64,000 nucleotides of DNA from a virus. Its lineage: Duplodnaviria > Heunggongvirae > Uroviricota > Caudoviricetes. Location: the IMG/VR virus record IMGVR_UViG_3300028571_000011. One strand, given 5' to 3'. Position 1 is the stretch's first letter; each line of letters opens with the position of its first letter. Below are positions 18,417-29,500 of this stretch, piece by piece. The notes beneath the pieces are model-generated. The model had not been told where the DNA came from. It saw only the letters and a program-made list of their open reading frames with translations, and did not search any database. A program made the translations under genes and the position numbers.

Positions 18417-18611
18417 ATGATCAAGTTGACTGTGACTGACCCCGTGGTGTCGGTTTCCTTCGAGACCGTAAAAGCTCCTTGCGTGTCCTGCCGCCATCTG
18501 ACAGAAGTAGACGGCAAGTCGTCATGCTCTGTGCAGCACACCAGCATCTCCAAAGAGGTACTGGCTACGTGTGCTGCAGAGCAGATGTACGGAGAAGGAA
18601 TCTTGGAATGA
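18417..18611 (+). CDS. Small Cys-containing hypothetical protein
   Basis: CVSC motif; ATGA-coupled to the next gene. Confidence 0.6.
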   Translation: MIKLTVTDPVVSVSFETVKAPCVSCRHLTEVDGKSSCSVQHTSISKEVLATCAAEQMYGEGILE

Positions 18612-18907
18612 CTCACGACCCAGATGACACCGGATTGCCTTTTGCTTCACCCGAGATTGCGAACCGCAAAGCATACCGAGTGACAGTTCGCAAGATACGA
18701 ACTGGTGGTGACAGTTTCAAAGCAACTGGCTCTAAACTTAGGGGCAAGAAGCACTACTTCGAATGTACTGATGAAGTAGGTACGACTGGAGAGGTCATCG
18801 TCATCACTGATGACCCCACTTCCATCTACGACAAACTTGGTGTTGGAACCGTCGTATCCATCGTTGAGCTTGGGCCAGCACTACTACTCCCAGAAGGAAT
18901 CCTGTGA
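18608..18907 (+). CDS. Hypothetical protein (99 aa)
   Basis: ATGA/GTGA coupling on both sides. Confidence 0.65.
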   Translation: MTHDPDDTGLPFASPEIANRKAYRVTVRKIRTGGDSFKATGSKLRGKKHYFECTDEVGTTGEVIVITDDPTSIYDKLGVGTVVSIVELGPALLLPEGIL

Positions 18908-19281
18908 GTTGTTGTAGGCGCCGTGTTCCAACTCCTTCTTCTTCAGCGACGTTCTGCTCCACGCTCGGTATGGCTACACCAGCGACATTGGTTTTTGCGT
19001 CTAATGGTGCGCAGCTACGATTGAAGTTGAGCACTGGAACTCTGGTTGAGGCCAAGTCGGCGTTGGCGCAGCACGGGTGTGTTGAGACCAGCCTTGGTGC
19101 CCGGTTGGTATCTCAGACCTACTCCCTCATTGGGAAAGTGACACAACAGCAGCTAACGGCCCTAACGGGCAAGTCGATGCCTCTCCTCACGATTCGGCAG
19201 CGCCTCCTTGACCTAGTAGAGAAATGCGGATCCTGCGGCGGCAGGGGATGCTCAACGTGCAACCAAATGGGATTCACATGA
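18904..19281 (+). CDS. Hypothetical protein with C-terminal DnaJ-like Zn finger
   Basis: CGSCGGRGCSTCNQMG. Confidence 0.6.
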   Translation: MSCCRRRVPTPSSSATFCSTLGMATPATLVFASNGAQLRLKLSTGTLVEAKSALAQHGCVETSLGARLVSQTYSLIGKVTQQQLTALTGKSMPLLTIRQRLLDLVEKCGSCGGRGCSTCNQMGFT

Positions 19282-19868
19282 CTTGGATTCAGACCAACAG
19301 TATCGCGCAGTTCTTCCCACTCGATCCACGAGTTCAGGACGTCAACGTCAAGGACATCATCCACTCATTGAGTCATCTGTGTCGCTACAACGGTCACAGC
19401 AACAAGATGTACACCGTCGGCCACCACTCGATCATGGTCGCCAAGATCGTCCAGAAGCTTGGTGGTACGCTTGAAGAAGTCAAGTGGGGCTTGGCTCACG
19501 ACTTCGGCGAAGCCTACTGTGGTGACCTGCCTTCTCCCATCAAGAATCACCCCACCATGGTTGCGTTCCGCGACATGGAAAACAAGATCGTCGCTGCCAT
19601 CGCTGAGAAGATTGGACTCGTCGGTCCAGAACCCGCATTGGTCAAGAAGGTCGACCGCTGCATGATCACCTTCGAGGCAGCCTCCGAGTACGTCTTCAGT
19701 GGTCTCCACGAAGCTTGGCCCTTCGGTCCTGCACCAGAAGACATCAAGCAGGCCATGGCTGACATCGGCGGTTTCAATGCCACCGCTTGCATGGAGCCTC
19801 AGGAAGTGCGTGCCACCATGACGAGTATGTTCAACGAACTCTTCCCAGAAATGGCGGTGACCCTGTGA
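19278..19868 (+). CDS. HD-domain 5'-deoxynucleotidase (YfbR-like)
   Basis: IIHSLSHLCRYNGH, YTVGHHS and AHDFGEAYCGDLPSPIK. Confidence 0.88.
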   Translation: MTWIQTNSIAQFFPLDPRVQDVNVKDIIHSLSHLCRYNGHSNKMYTVGHHSIMVAKIVQKLGGTLEEVKWGLAHDFGEAYCGDLPSPIKNHPTMVAFRDMENKIVAAIAEKIGLVGPEPALVKKVDRCMITFEAASEYVFSGLHEAWPFGPAPEDIKQAMADIGGFNATACMEPQEVRATMTSMFNELFPEMAVTL

Positions 19869-20521
19869 GTGTCGAATCCAACTTCGGGGTGTATAGCCAG
19901 AAGCCTATCATCATTGGTCTGGGCCATCGAGCCCGTGCAGGCAAAGACGCACTCGCCGAGCATCTGGTGAAGAACCACGGCTTCAAGCAGTACGCTCTCG
20001 CTGACCTTCTGAAGCAGTCCGTGAACATCGTGATGGGTTGGAATGACCGTCACTCGTACGGAGACCTCAAGGAGCAGGTCGACCCAAGCTGGGGAACCAG
20101 TCCACGCTGGATGTACCAGAACATCGGCACTGGTGGCTGGCGCACCATCTTCCGCGAGGACGTGTGGGCTCAGGCTCTTCGCCTCAAGCTCGAACGTGAC
20201 TGCATCGGTGTCACCGACTTCCGGGCTGTGATCACGGATGTTCGCTTCCGTGCTGGCGAAGTGGAGATGGTGAAGCAGCTGGGAGGATCGCTGTGGAAGA
20301 TTGATAGGCCCTCACTCGCCCCGCTGAAGCTCCCACCCAAGAGCTTCGTCCACAAGACATTCAACTACCTGCGGGGCAAGGACGACTACTCCCACGTGTC
20401 GGAGACCGACCTTCACGGTTGGAATGGTTGGGACGAAGTAATTGTGAATGACGGCTCTCTCGAAGTCCTGTATGCCAAGGGCGAAGACGCCCTTGCTCGT
20501 ATCATGAAAGCGAACTCATAA
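19865..20521 (+). CDS. Deoxynucleoside monophosphate kinase
   Basis: P-loop GLGHRARAGKD, SPRWMYQNIGT, VITDVRF, IDRP and HVSE. Confidence 0.88.
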   Translation: MSVESNFGVYSQKPIIIGLGHRARAGKDALAEHLVKNHGFKQYALADLLKQSVNIVMGWNDRHSYGDLKEQVDPSWGTSPRWMYQNIGTGGWRTIFREDVWAQALRLKLERDCIGVTDFRAVITDVRFRAGEVEMVKQLGGSLWKIDRPSLAPLKLPPKSFVHKTFNYLRGKDDYSHVSETDLHGWNGWDEVIVNDGSLEVLYAKGEDALARIMKANS

Positions 20522-20892
20522 TGGTCGAACCAGTCCGAAGCCTTTACAAAACCATCATCAAACCGACTGAGAAGCCCTCTCCAGTCGACATGACAAAGGT
20601 CGCCACTGACCTAGTCATGCAGGCTCAGAAGTGCATCCTGAGTCCCTCTGCGATGGTTGGCGTCTTGTCCTGTGCTCTGGAGCTATACGCTCAGAACCTT
20701 GAGGAAAGCGGCTTTGACCCAGAAGTGGTGAAGCAAAGCCGCATGCTTGGAGCCGACATGGCAACCATGATTCACAAGTCCGGTGTGGTGAAGAGCAACG
20801 CCGCCAAGGACAAAGCAGCAGCATCAGCAATTGTCACGTCTAGCAACAACAGTCCTTTGTTGGGTGCTGACGGCAACCCCATGGTTCGTTGA
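20521..20892 (+). CDS. Hypothetical protein (123 aa)
   Basis: TAATG overlap; operonic position. Confidence 0.7.
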   Translation: MVEPVRSLYKTIIKPTEKPSPVDMTKVATDLVMQAQKCILSPSAMVGVLSCALELYAQNLEESGFDPEVVKQSRMLGADMATMIHKSGVVKSNAAKDKAAASAIVTSSNNSPLLGADGNPMVR

Positions 20893-20899
20893 GGAGAAA

Positions 20900-21133
20900 A
20901 TGTCGAAAGAAGATCAAGTCGAGCTTGCAGGTGTCGTGTCAGCAATCCCCGGTGGTGGTTTGGCACGAGTGACTGTGACCGGTGAGAATGGACTGAACTT
21001 TGACGTCATTGCTGTTTTGTCTGGCAAGATGAAGCAGTTCAAGATTCGAGTCGTGGTTGGTGACAAGGTGAAAGTAGCCGTGTCACCCTACGACCACAGC
21101 AAGGGACGAATCACATATCGTGAGCGTTCCTGA
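20900..21133 (+). CDS. infA: Translation initiation factor IF-1
   Basis: MSKEDQVELAGVV...LSGKMKQFKIRVVVGDKVKVAVSPYDHSKGRITYR; GAGGAG Shine-Dalgarno. Confidence 0.93.
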   Translation: MSKEDQVELAGVVSAIPGGGLARVTVTGENGLNFDVIAVLSGKMKQFKIRVVVGDKVKVAVSPYDHSKGRITYRERS

Positions 21134-21146
21134 ACTGTGAGAGAGC

Positions 21147-23465
21147 ATGGACGACCCGAGTAACACTGGGTCGGCACTCTCTCCCATGCGGCTGTATCCA
21201 CTGCCATCTTTGTACGACCAGAGTGTTGCCCTCGTAAAGGCTGGCACTCCGGTCGATACTTCTTCTTTCTACCTGAAGAAGTCGATTACGGTACCGTGGT
21301 CCGTACTGCCAACCACATTCATCTTCGAGACGAGCAGACCAGAGCTACCGCACACGTTCACTGTGAATGATGCAGAGTCATTCACAGTCGTACCCGGCTC
21401 AGAGATTGTCTCCCTGCAGTTCGTCCTAGCCAAAGGGACAAACCGCATTGACGTAACATCGCCATCGTATGTCATGCGTGGTGCATGGGGCATCACAACA
21501 CCGTACAGCCGATTCGATACTGTCTCTTTTGATGGGGGGCTGTGGCTTGCTATCGGGTCATCGCTTGGAAGTTCCCCTGTAGAAGGCCCAGACTGGACGC
21601 AGGACGCAGAGACGCTCGGTAGCTATGAAGCTGACAGCTACCTGATTGCAGCCACAGCAGTGGAGACTTGGTTTCGTTCGCTTGGACGAGAGTACTATCT
21701 CACAACCGGACGCAGACTACAGGAGATCGACGAGCAATTCCTCTCCCCTTGGACGACAAGATTCTCGGCGCATCTTCTACCGTTCACAGACCTCTTCCTA
21801 CCATCGCAGATGCCGAGGCTGCATCAGACGAGAATGGCCATCATCGCATCGATGGGCCAGCGGCTTGGCTATGGTGACGGCGTTCTCCGAGTTGCCAGTG
21901 CTCTGTCGTACAGTACTCCTTGGGTGACTCAGTCCAAGCTGTCCGAGTTCTCGGTACCCGGACTGCAATACGACTACCCCGGCGTGACGTCGCACCCAAC
22001 AACAGGTGAAGACCACGGTCGCTTGTTGGACCTATGGTACCCGAATCTATGTTTGGCCAGCAAGCAGGCTCTCATTCAACTGACCCAAACCTTGGGCAGC
22101 ACCGATACTCCCAAGCCCAAGCCGCTGAGCCTAGTCGACTTCGACGACTACCAAATTCTGCTGCGAAGCTCTGGTGGAGACATCGAGGTACACAGAGCAG
22201 ACCCGCTGTCTCCTGAATGTGCAGCTATCGAGTACAACACGTCGTGCGACTCCGAGGTCAGGACATACGCTGTTCTCGACCAGCGTGTCGATGCGATGAT
22301 GAACACCCCGCAGATGCCGTTCGATGAAGTAGTTGAGAATCCACTCAACTTCGGCTTCTGGGATGAAGGCTCAACACTCGACATGAGCGATGGGTCTGGT
22401 TCACCCGGTCTTGGTAGTGGTGACGAGACATTCGACACCGTGGACCCAGACGACCCGTTCGGCACTGGATTCCTAGGCGTATCGCTGAGTGGTCGGCTTG
22501 ACGGTCCTGCCTGTTTGGACAGCAGAGTCCAACGAGGAGAGCGTCTGGTGAAGCACGTCGTTCCTATTACAGGAACGGCAACACCTGAGCCGTCCGAGAT
22601 GACGACTGGAACGAGACTGGTTGTCGACACAGTCAGTGTCGGAGCGCCGACTGCTCTGATCGGAACAGCACGAGTTTGGGCCACAACGAAGAAGCTATTC
22701 CTCTTCCAAGGGGACTACATCCGAGTTGAAAACCCTGACGCGGACATGCGTGTATTGAAGTGCTGGCCACGTTTTGACGTGAACTCCATCATCTCCAAGT
22801 CTGGTGCTGGCGTAGCCTCGACATCCGCTGGGCAGATTGTCGTCACCTTCGGAACACCGTTCTTCGAGTTCCGTCATCAGGGCATGGGCATTCAGGTCAC
22901 AAGTGGCATCACCATCGAGTACGCCAGCATCGCGTTTGTCTCGTCAGACGGCCTCACAGCGACTTTAGCTGGCAACACGGCTATCCCGATGGGCGCAGTC
23001 ACGGTGGACGTCTACTTCCCGCACAGGGATAGGCTCGTGACATATGGCGCACCATTCGCTGGTGACCGAGTCATGGACATTACCTTCACCACCAACCTCG
23101 CCAAGAACCTCGCTGACCAAGAGGTACTTGACCAACGAGATGGTGTTCTGGTGGTTGGTAGCTTCCTCGCTGGTGTCACCACCATTGATGTCGCATCAGA
23201 CATCACTCCCATCCCCGGAGACAAGCTCTTCCTGACATCAGGCAGCTTCATCGAGATCGACTCAGCACTCGACACTGGTCTGAAGCACCACACAACCAAG
23301 CTCACCATTTGGCAGCTGAATCTCATGGCAGCCACAGCGGGTGCTCTCTCGAATGACCAACCACTGTACTCAATATCCACCAACCCGTGTTGGGAGTACG
23401 GCGACCCCATCACCAATCTGACGCTGATCTCAATCACTCCAACGGTTTATCTAGCACTCTCCTGA
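21147..23465 (+). CDS. Baseplate/tail structural protein with a CBM5/12-like module
   Basis: First gene of the structural block; WGITTPYSRFDTVSFDGGLWLA...P..GPDW resembles a chitin-binding type-3 module. Confidence 0.6.
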   Translation: MDDPSNTGSALSPMRLYPLPSLYDQSVALVKAGTPVDTSSFYLKKSITVPWSVLPTTFIFETSRPELPHTFTVNDAESFTVVPGSEIVSLQFVLAKGTNRIDVTSPSYVMRGAWGITTPYSRFDTVSFDGGLWLAIGSSLGSSPVEGPDWTQDAETLGSYEADSYLIAATAVETWFRSLGREYYLTTGRRLQEIDEQFLSPWTTRFSAHLLPFTDLFLPSQMPRLHQTRMAIIASMGQRLGYGDGVLRVASALSYSTPWVTQSKLSEFSVPGLQYDYPGVTSHPTTGEDHGRLLDLWYPNLCLASKQALIQLTQTLGSTDTPKPKPLSLVDFDDYQILLRSSGGDIEVHRADPLSPECAAIEYNTSCDSEVRTYAVLDQRVDAMMNTPQMPFDEVVENPLNFGFWDEGSTLDMSDGSGSPGLGSGDETFDTVDPDDPFGTGFLGVSLSGRLDGPACLDSRVQRGERLVKHVVPITGTATPEPSEMTTGTRLVVDTVSVGAPTALIGTARVWATTKKLFLFQGDYIRVENPDADMRVLKCWPRFDVNSIISKSGAGVASTSAGQIVVTFGTPFFEFRHQGMGIQVTSGITIEYASIAFVSSDGLTATLAGNTAIPMGAVTVDVYFPHRDRLVTYGAPFAGDRVMDITFTTNLAKNLADQEVLDQRDGVLVVGSFLAGVTTIDVASDITPIPGDKLFLTSGSFIEIDSALDTGLKHHTTKLTIWQLNLMAATAGALSNDQPLYSISTNPCWEYGDPITNLTLISITPTVYLALS

Positions 23466-23472
23466 GGTAACA

Positions 23473-23904
23473 ATGAGCTTCGAAACCAAAGCACTCATCA
23501 CTGATAACGCCAGACAGCGCATCGCTGAGGGCTGGGCTACCGGCAAGTCATTCGCGATTGTCGGCTTCTCTCTCGGCAATGAGGGTCATGATACTCTTGA
23601 CCCTCGCACAGCATTGGCACCCGACCCGTCGTTGATGGATTGCCCCGGTGTTGTGTTCGGCCCCAAAGCCATCGCTTCATTCAGTTATGCGAATGACACA
23701 TGCCCTGTGTTTGAGTGCAGGCTTGAGTTTGGCGAAGCAGTTGTGGAGTATTCCTCGCTCTGCTTGATTGCTCAGATCCTCTACAGCCCAGTGCCGGGTG
23801 ACCCAGAAGTCGACACGACCTTCCTGTTCGCTGTCGTCAACTTCCCATTGAGGTCCAAGACTGACCTTGAGGAGTTGGTCATCAATGTCGGTGTCAGCCG
23901 CTGA
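23473..23904 (+). CDS. Tail collar/fibre-attachment-like protein
   Basis: LITDNARQRIA...FAIVGFSLGNEG resembles tail-fibre N-terminal attachment domains; paralogue at 32245. Confidence 0.6.
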   Translation: MSFETKALITDNARQRIAEGWATGKSFAIVGFSLGNEGHDTLDPRTALAPDPSLMDCPGVVFGPKAIASFSYANDTCPVFECRLEFGEAVVEYSSLCLIAQILYSPVPGDPEVDTTFLFAVVNFPLRSKTDLEELVINVGVSR

Positions 23905-23975
23905 AAAGGAAGACCGGGCATAACTAATGGCAAGGGGAGTCACTCTTCGGAGTTACTTCCCCGAAGGTCCCTACC

Positions 23976-26528
23976 ATGACACTGTCGATGTCCCTCCTGT
24001 GGAAAGCCCCGGATTCGAGTGCCCTCGTCAACGGGCGACTGAAGGACGTGGCCGCAAAGGGTTTCGTACAGGGTGGTGACGTCACTCGTGTCATTGGTAG
24101 CCTAGAAGTCGACGTGTCGACGTTCGTCTGTGTGACGAATGATGGTGCAGTTGTCAGGTCAAACGCTGTAGAGAGGCTCGTGGTTGCTGACTTGATTGTC
24201 AGCTATGTCGTGCTCAGAGCGCGCTATGTCACGCTGGCTGCACCAATCCTGACGTTGCAGGTTCTGGACTCCGCTTCATATCTGGCTGACCCAGAGATTG
24301 ACTGGCTTCATGTTCTGGCTACAATTGACCTTACTGTTGGTGGACCTCATTCCGACGTCCCTGCTGCCTCTATTCTATATGAGCTTCGTGACGAAGTTGA
24401 CCAGCAGGGTCGGTCGTCTTGGAGGCCGTCAGTAGCGAACTTCGGCGCATTGCCAGTTCCACCAAATGACCACAACCGCGATGGCGACGTCCGTCTCGTG
24501 CGAGATACCCGCAGTTTGTACGTCTGGGAGGAAGCAACGTCCACTTGGGACCTCTTTGATGAAGTCCCTCTGACGACGCACCGTCTGCTTGAACACAGCA
24601 ACGGCCTTGTTTCTGGCGCCCTGCTGACGTCAATGGCACCGTCAGTGTTCGGCACCAGTGACGTCGTGACTGGTGCTGTACCTGCTGGACCACCCAACAG
24701 CGGCTACACGGTCGCTGGCAAGTACGTGACGGCACCTGCAGCCCCAGTGACCACGTCGGTACTGGCACTGATCAACCGTGGTTTGCTCCAGTCATACGCT
24801 GACGAGTTCGGTGCCATCGCTGTGTCGTATCGAGCACAAATGGTGACCGCACCAACGCTGCTCAATGTGCGCATCGTGGACATCGATGACAACCACGAAG
24901 TGGTTGCTGGTATGGCGCTCACTGGAACGTCGAGCCCAGACACCTTGTCTTGGAATGGTGGTTCGCCCGTTGCGGTTGCAACTGGTGGTCGTTACCGCCT
25001 GTACAGGCCAAACGGCTCTGAGTGGATTGAAGTTGATGTTGCTGGTGCTGTGGGTGCTGCATCTGAGACCTACAACGTGCTCGCTTCCTTCAAGACCGAC
25101 AGCAACTTCCTGATTGCCCACTACTTCTGGAACGGAAGCAACCAACTCATTTTGGGTACGGACCGTCGTGTTTTGGGTACGCTCGGTGCCCCTGAGATTT
25201 CATCTGACCTTCGCCGTGATGAACTTCATCCTCCACTGAACGACCTACGTGGAAACATGGTATTCAGCGGTGGAACCGTCACGGTACTGGCCGGACTGCA
25301 GGTTCGTGTTTCTGGTCCGCTCATTGCCTACATCCAAGGCAAGCGTTTCGTTGTCCCTGTCGTCAACGGAGCGGAGCGCGGCTTCACCGGTATCACGCTT
25401 CCTGACAACACGACGTCGAAGCTCTACGTCAACAAAGACGGCACGTTCATCATCGGTACGCTGCCAGCGTTCGAGAACTACGCGACGATTGCTGAAGTGG
25501 TCACTGCTGCAGGCGCCGTCAGTGTTATCACTGACGAGCGTGACCCTCAGGTCATCGTGGGCAACGCGACCCGTGTGGCACGAGTCCGCTGGACTGGTAC
25601 TGACGCTCTTGAATGGGATCCCGCCAACTCTCGCCTGACGGCTAAGACTGGAGGTTTCGTCACTGGAACGAAGTTCCGCGTTGGCACAGCTGAACTTGAC
25701 GCATTGACTGTGTCTGGTACATCCGCCTTCGGCGGCGCTGCTGCGTTCGCAGCAACCGTTGCGGTCACCGGTGCAGCGACGTTTGCATCCACACTTGGGG
25801 TGACAGGTGTCGCGTCATTTGCTGCTGCCGTCGGTATCACTGGAGCAGCGACGTTTGCATCCACTGTTGCAGTCACCGGTCTTCTGACGGTGAACGGTGG
25901 AATAACAAGGTCAACTTCTGGTCTACTAGACATCGGCAATAGTGCGACCGTCACAGGTATCAACATTGGTACAACGTTAGCGCCAGCTAACGTTACCATC
26001 GGACAGTCGAATAGGCTCGTTACTGCTATTGGGCGCTTCTTCGCCCCAGCCGGAATCCACGCTCAGAAGCAGACAAACTCCGCAGCTATGCCTGTGGCAG
26101 ACGCCACGATAAGACGCAGTTTCATCAGTGGTTCCATTCCAACAATGGCTGGAGATGTTGTTGTTACTGTGGACACGCTGGACACTGCGGGTGTGACCGC
26201 ATTCGGTTCTATGTGCTGGTCGTTCGTGTGCACCTTCGTACATACAACAAGCAACATCACCATGGCTGTCACTGGTCACGTCATACGCAATCTGGAGAGT
26301 TCACCCGCAGCCACGTCGTATGTGGTTGGTACAAGAACGATCATCAGCAGCGCTGGGGTCATCACAACGACTCCCTCAATCGATGAGCCTACATTCCGTA
26401 TAGAAACAAATGTCGAGATTGCTCCGTCCTACTTCGAGTCGTATTTGCAGATCAGCTGCGTCAGTGGATCCGTATGGAAGGGCTGCAATTTCTACGGCGA
26501 AGTAACCTTGATGGCGCAGACGGCCTGA
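23976..26528 (+). CDS. Tail fibre protein 1 (850 aa)
   Basis: N-terminal part shared with the next gene; 12-aa xxFxxxVxVTG shaft repeats near 25700-25880. Confidence 0.75.
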   Translation: MTLSMSLLWKAPDSSALVNGRLKDVAAKGFVQGGDVTRVIGSLEVDVSTFVCVTNDGAVVRSNAVERLVVADLIVSYVVLRARYVTLAAPILTLQVLDSASYLADPEIDWLHVLATIDLTVGGPHSDVPAASILYELRDEVDQQGRSSWRPSVANFGALPVPPNDHNRDGDVRLVRDTRSLYVWEEATSTWDLFDEVPLTTHRLLEHSNGLVSGALLTSMAPSVFGTSDVVTGAVPAGPPNSGYTVAGKYVTAPAAPVTTSVLALINRGLLQSYADEFGAIAVSYRAQMVTAPTLLNVRIVDIDDNHEVVAGMALTGTSSPDTLSWNGGSPVAVATGGRYRLYRPNGSEWIEVDVAGAVGAASETYNVLASFKTDSNFLIAHYFWNGSNQLILGTDRRVLGTLGAPEISSDLRRDELHPPLNDLRGNMVFSGGTVTVLAGLQVRVSGPLIAYIQGKRFVVPVVNGAERGFTGITLPDNTTSKLYVNKDGTFIIGTLPAFENYATIAEVVTAAGAVSVITDERDPQVIVGNATRVARVRWTGTDALEWDPANSRLTAKTGGFVTGTKFRVGTAELDALTVSGTSAFGGAAAFAATVAVTGAATFASTLGVTGVASFAAAVGITGAATFASTVAVTGLLTVNGGITRSTSGLLDIGNSATVTGINIGTTLAPANVTIGQSNRLVTAIGRFFAPAGIHAQKQTNSAAMPVADATIRRSFISGSIPTMAGDVVVTVDTLDTAGVTAFGSMCWSFVCTFVHTTSNITMAVTGHVIRNLESSPAATSYVVGTRTIISSAGVITTTPSIDEPTFRIETNVEIAPSYFESYLQISCVSGSVWKGCNFYGEVTLMAQTA

Positions 26529-26559
26529 TAACGCCTTCGACAAATTCACAGGATAACAA

Positions 26560-29500
26560 ATGGCACTCAAGTTTGGTCTTAGATACAAGAATGCTGACTC
26601 GACGATGGACCTCAACCTTCGGTTGAGGGACGTTGCCGAGAAGGGCATCGTATCTGGTGGCGTTGTCGCTCCGGGTGCTGGTGTTCGTGAAATCACGATC
26701 ACCCCATTCGTCTGCATCACAGCCGACGGTGGTGTTGTTCGTTCCGACGCCACGCACTCGATTACACCGCTTGTTGATGGCCAGAAGACGTACATCGTCC
26801 TCAGGGCGAAGTACAACGTGATGTCTTCGACGACAATGTCGATTCAAGCACTCAGTGCCGCTGCCTATGCTGGTGACCCAGACATTGCTTGGCTGCACGT
26901 CATCGCAACTGTGGACCTCACAGTTGGTGGGCCGTACGCTCTCATCCCTGCTGCGAACGTGTCCTACGTGGAGCGCCACGCTGTGGATCCCCAGCACCGT
27001 GACCAGTACCGCCCCCACGTGGCTACGGCAGCTACCCTTGCGACCGCCGCCTACCTGCCCCCACTGGCCGATAACCGGTCAGGTGACCTTGTCTATGCCA
27101 TGGACACTGGCTCGTTCTACGAATGGACTGGATCGGCTTGGGTCGTTGCGGATGATGGTGCCATCACTCACCGCGACACAGAGCACAGCAATGGTGTTGT
27201 TGGTGACTCTGCAGCCAACACGCTGGGCACTGGTGCTGCTGGTACCGACATCACCATCAACGCGGTTGCTGGTGGCAGTGGTTACACAGTCAATGGTCGC
27301 TACCTCACCAGCGTCACACCGACGACGCTTGCAGCTTCGACAGCTGGTATCACCCGTGGCTTGATTCAGGTAGCAGTTGACCAGACCGGAACAGCGACGG
27401 CAAGCTACCGTGCGGCCCTGCTTGGCGTTCTGAACCTGTCGCAAGTCCAGATCGTGGACATCAGCGATGGCCACCCGCTGGGCAACTTCGTTCTTCAGAC
27501 TACGCTATCGACAAGCGTGTCGTGGGACGGCGGTCAGCCATTCGAGTACACGATTGGTGAGAGAACTCGAATCTTTGGCGCTGACAACAAGTCGTACATC
27601 GACGTCATTGTCACTGGTGTTCCAGCCAACTCCACAGACACCTATACTGTGTCTGCCTCAGCGAATACGGACACAAGCCTCCTGCTTTGCTACGCGTTCT
27701 GGGCTGGCGCTGTTACGCTCGTGTATGGCAAGAACAAGGTTCCATTTGGGACCACTGGCGACGCAAACATCTCGACTGCCTTCAAAGAGTCAGTCATTGA
27801 TGCTCGCGATTTCGACCTTCATGGAAACGGCGTAGTCTCTGGTGGACTCAGCTTCGCAATAGCGGGTCCTGCTGTTCAGTTCACAGGACCCCCTCTGGTG
27901 GTCTACATCTCTGGCAAGCGGTACGCTGTGCCAGTTGAGTTTGGTGGAAGCAAGGGATTCACAGGCATACCGCTTCCAGCAAACGGAACGAGATACTTCT
28001 ACGTCGATAGTGCTGGCGTATTCCAAATGAATGCCAGCCTCCCAGCGGACCCTTTTGTACTGATTGCAGAGGCAACAACTGTCGCCAGTGTCATCACTAG
28101 CCTTATCGACCGTAGAAACAGCATCATCACTCTCGTCAAGGACTATGTCACAGACTACGAGCGCGATGTCGTACTGAGGTACGCATCCGCCACTCGAAGA
28201 CTTGAACTGAATGGCCAGTCTAATCTCATTATGTCAGCAGATGGACTTGAAGCCAAGAGCGGCCACATCATGTCCGATGGTGGCTCTTCGCTTCACTTCG
28301 AAGATGATGTCACGATCGTTACTGGCACCAACTTGACCGCAACATTCGGTTCAGCTGTTGTCTCTGGTACTGGTTCCCTTTTCTTGTCCGAATGTCCTGC
28401 AGGTACAAGACTTCGTTTCGGTTCTGCCCCTGATGGTAATGTCTTTGACGACAATGTGTACACGGTCCAGTCCGTCGCTAGCGACACGTCAATGACGCTG
28501 ACTGGCACGTATGCTGGTGCGACGTCCACGGACAAGATCATCCAGAGGCCACAATTCCTCGGCAACGCCGTTGACAACAACCTGTCCATTGCTCAACCGC
28601 TGAGCACCACACCATCTGTCATCTCATCAATCCGTGATGGCCAGCGGGCTCACCGTGCTGGTCTCGGTTGCTTGGGTATCAACGCCTGCCCAGTCACGTT
28701 TGATGCTGGTCTCAACACGGTCACAATCGGAACCGGTGAGTTCTTCGACTTCTACGGTCGTCGCATCGTTGTCTCCGCTCCTGTGGTCTTCACGACAGGT
28801 GAAATTACCCCGCTGGCCAACGGGGCTTACGATGTCTACTGGGATTCTGACCTCAATGGTGTTGGAGGGTTCGACCTTGGCGGTGTGCGTTTCGGCTCAA
28901 CTGGTGTCCACGGCATCGTGAGATGGCGTCGCTCGCTCGCCTTCGCTGTTGTGAACAAGGCAGGCGGGCTGCTCACTGCTGTCTCGCAGTGCCAACTGTA
29001 CGCGACTGGGTCACTGTGCCAGAGCGAATTCTCCATTGGTTCCGATGCGGGTACCGTCGCAACCTATGGTCGTAACGGAAACTTTGCTACGCTGAAGAAG
29101 GCTCTGGTCTTCAGGTCTTGCTACGGTGGTGGTTTCAGTAGCGATATTTACACAGCACCTCGTCAGTTCGCTGTGTATGACCAAGCTGCTGAGGTCAATG
29201 ACCTCATTGACTTCACTTCCTTCGAATTCAACAACAGCGTTGCTGCGGCTCACCTCGACGGGCTTCACATCTACGGCGCCGTGACTGCAACAACCGTTTC
29301 GAGGTCCGCCCTTCGTTGGGGCGCTGTTGGTGTCATCTCTACAGTCCCAATGTTGAACTTTGCTGACCAAATCAGCAGCATCCGATTCTCAGACCTTCGC
29401 TTCGAGTACCTTGGTGACGAGGGTGCGGACAACGACAACTGCTGGTTGAAGAACCCCGGCGCCAACATGGTCGTCGACAACGTTAGCTTCTCTGCAGTTC

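Larger units (their letters stand above)
18119..18422. repeat. Perfect 18-bp inverted repeat pair flanking 268 bp
   Basis: gatcatgactcagactgc (18119-18136) and gcagtctgagtcatgatc (18405-18422); each arm contains the ATG of the outward-pointing gene. Confidence 0.9.

Noticed and set aside
25773-25864. 20-bp direct repeat in tail fibre 1 as a DGR template/variable repeat
   Set aside because: Copies are identical, in frame, 72 nt apart and explained by shaft repeats; no adenine-specific mismatches and no reverse transcriptase.
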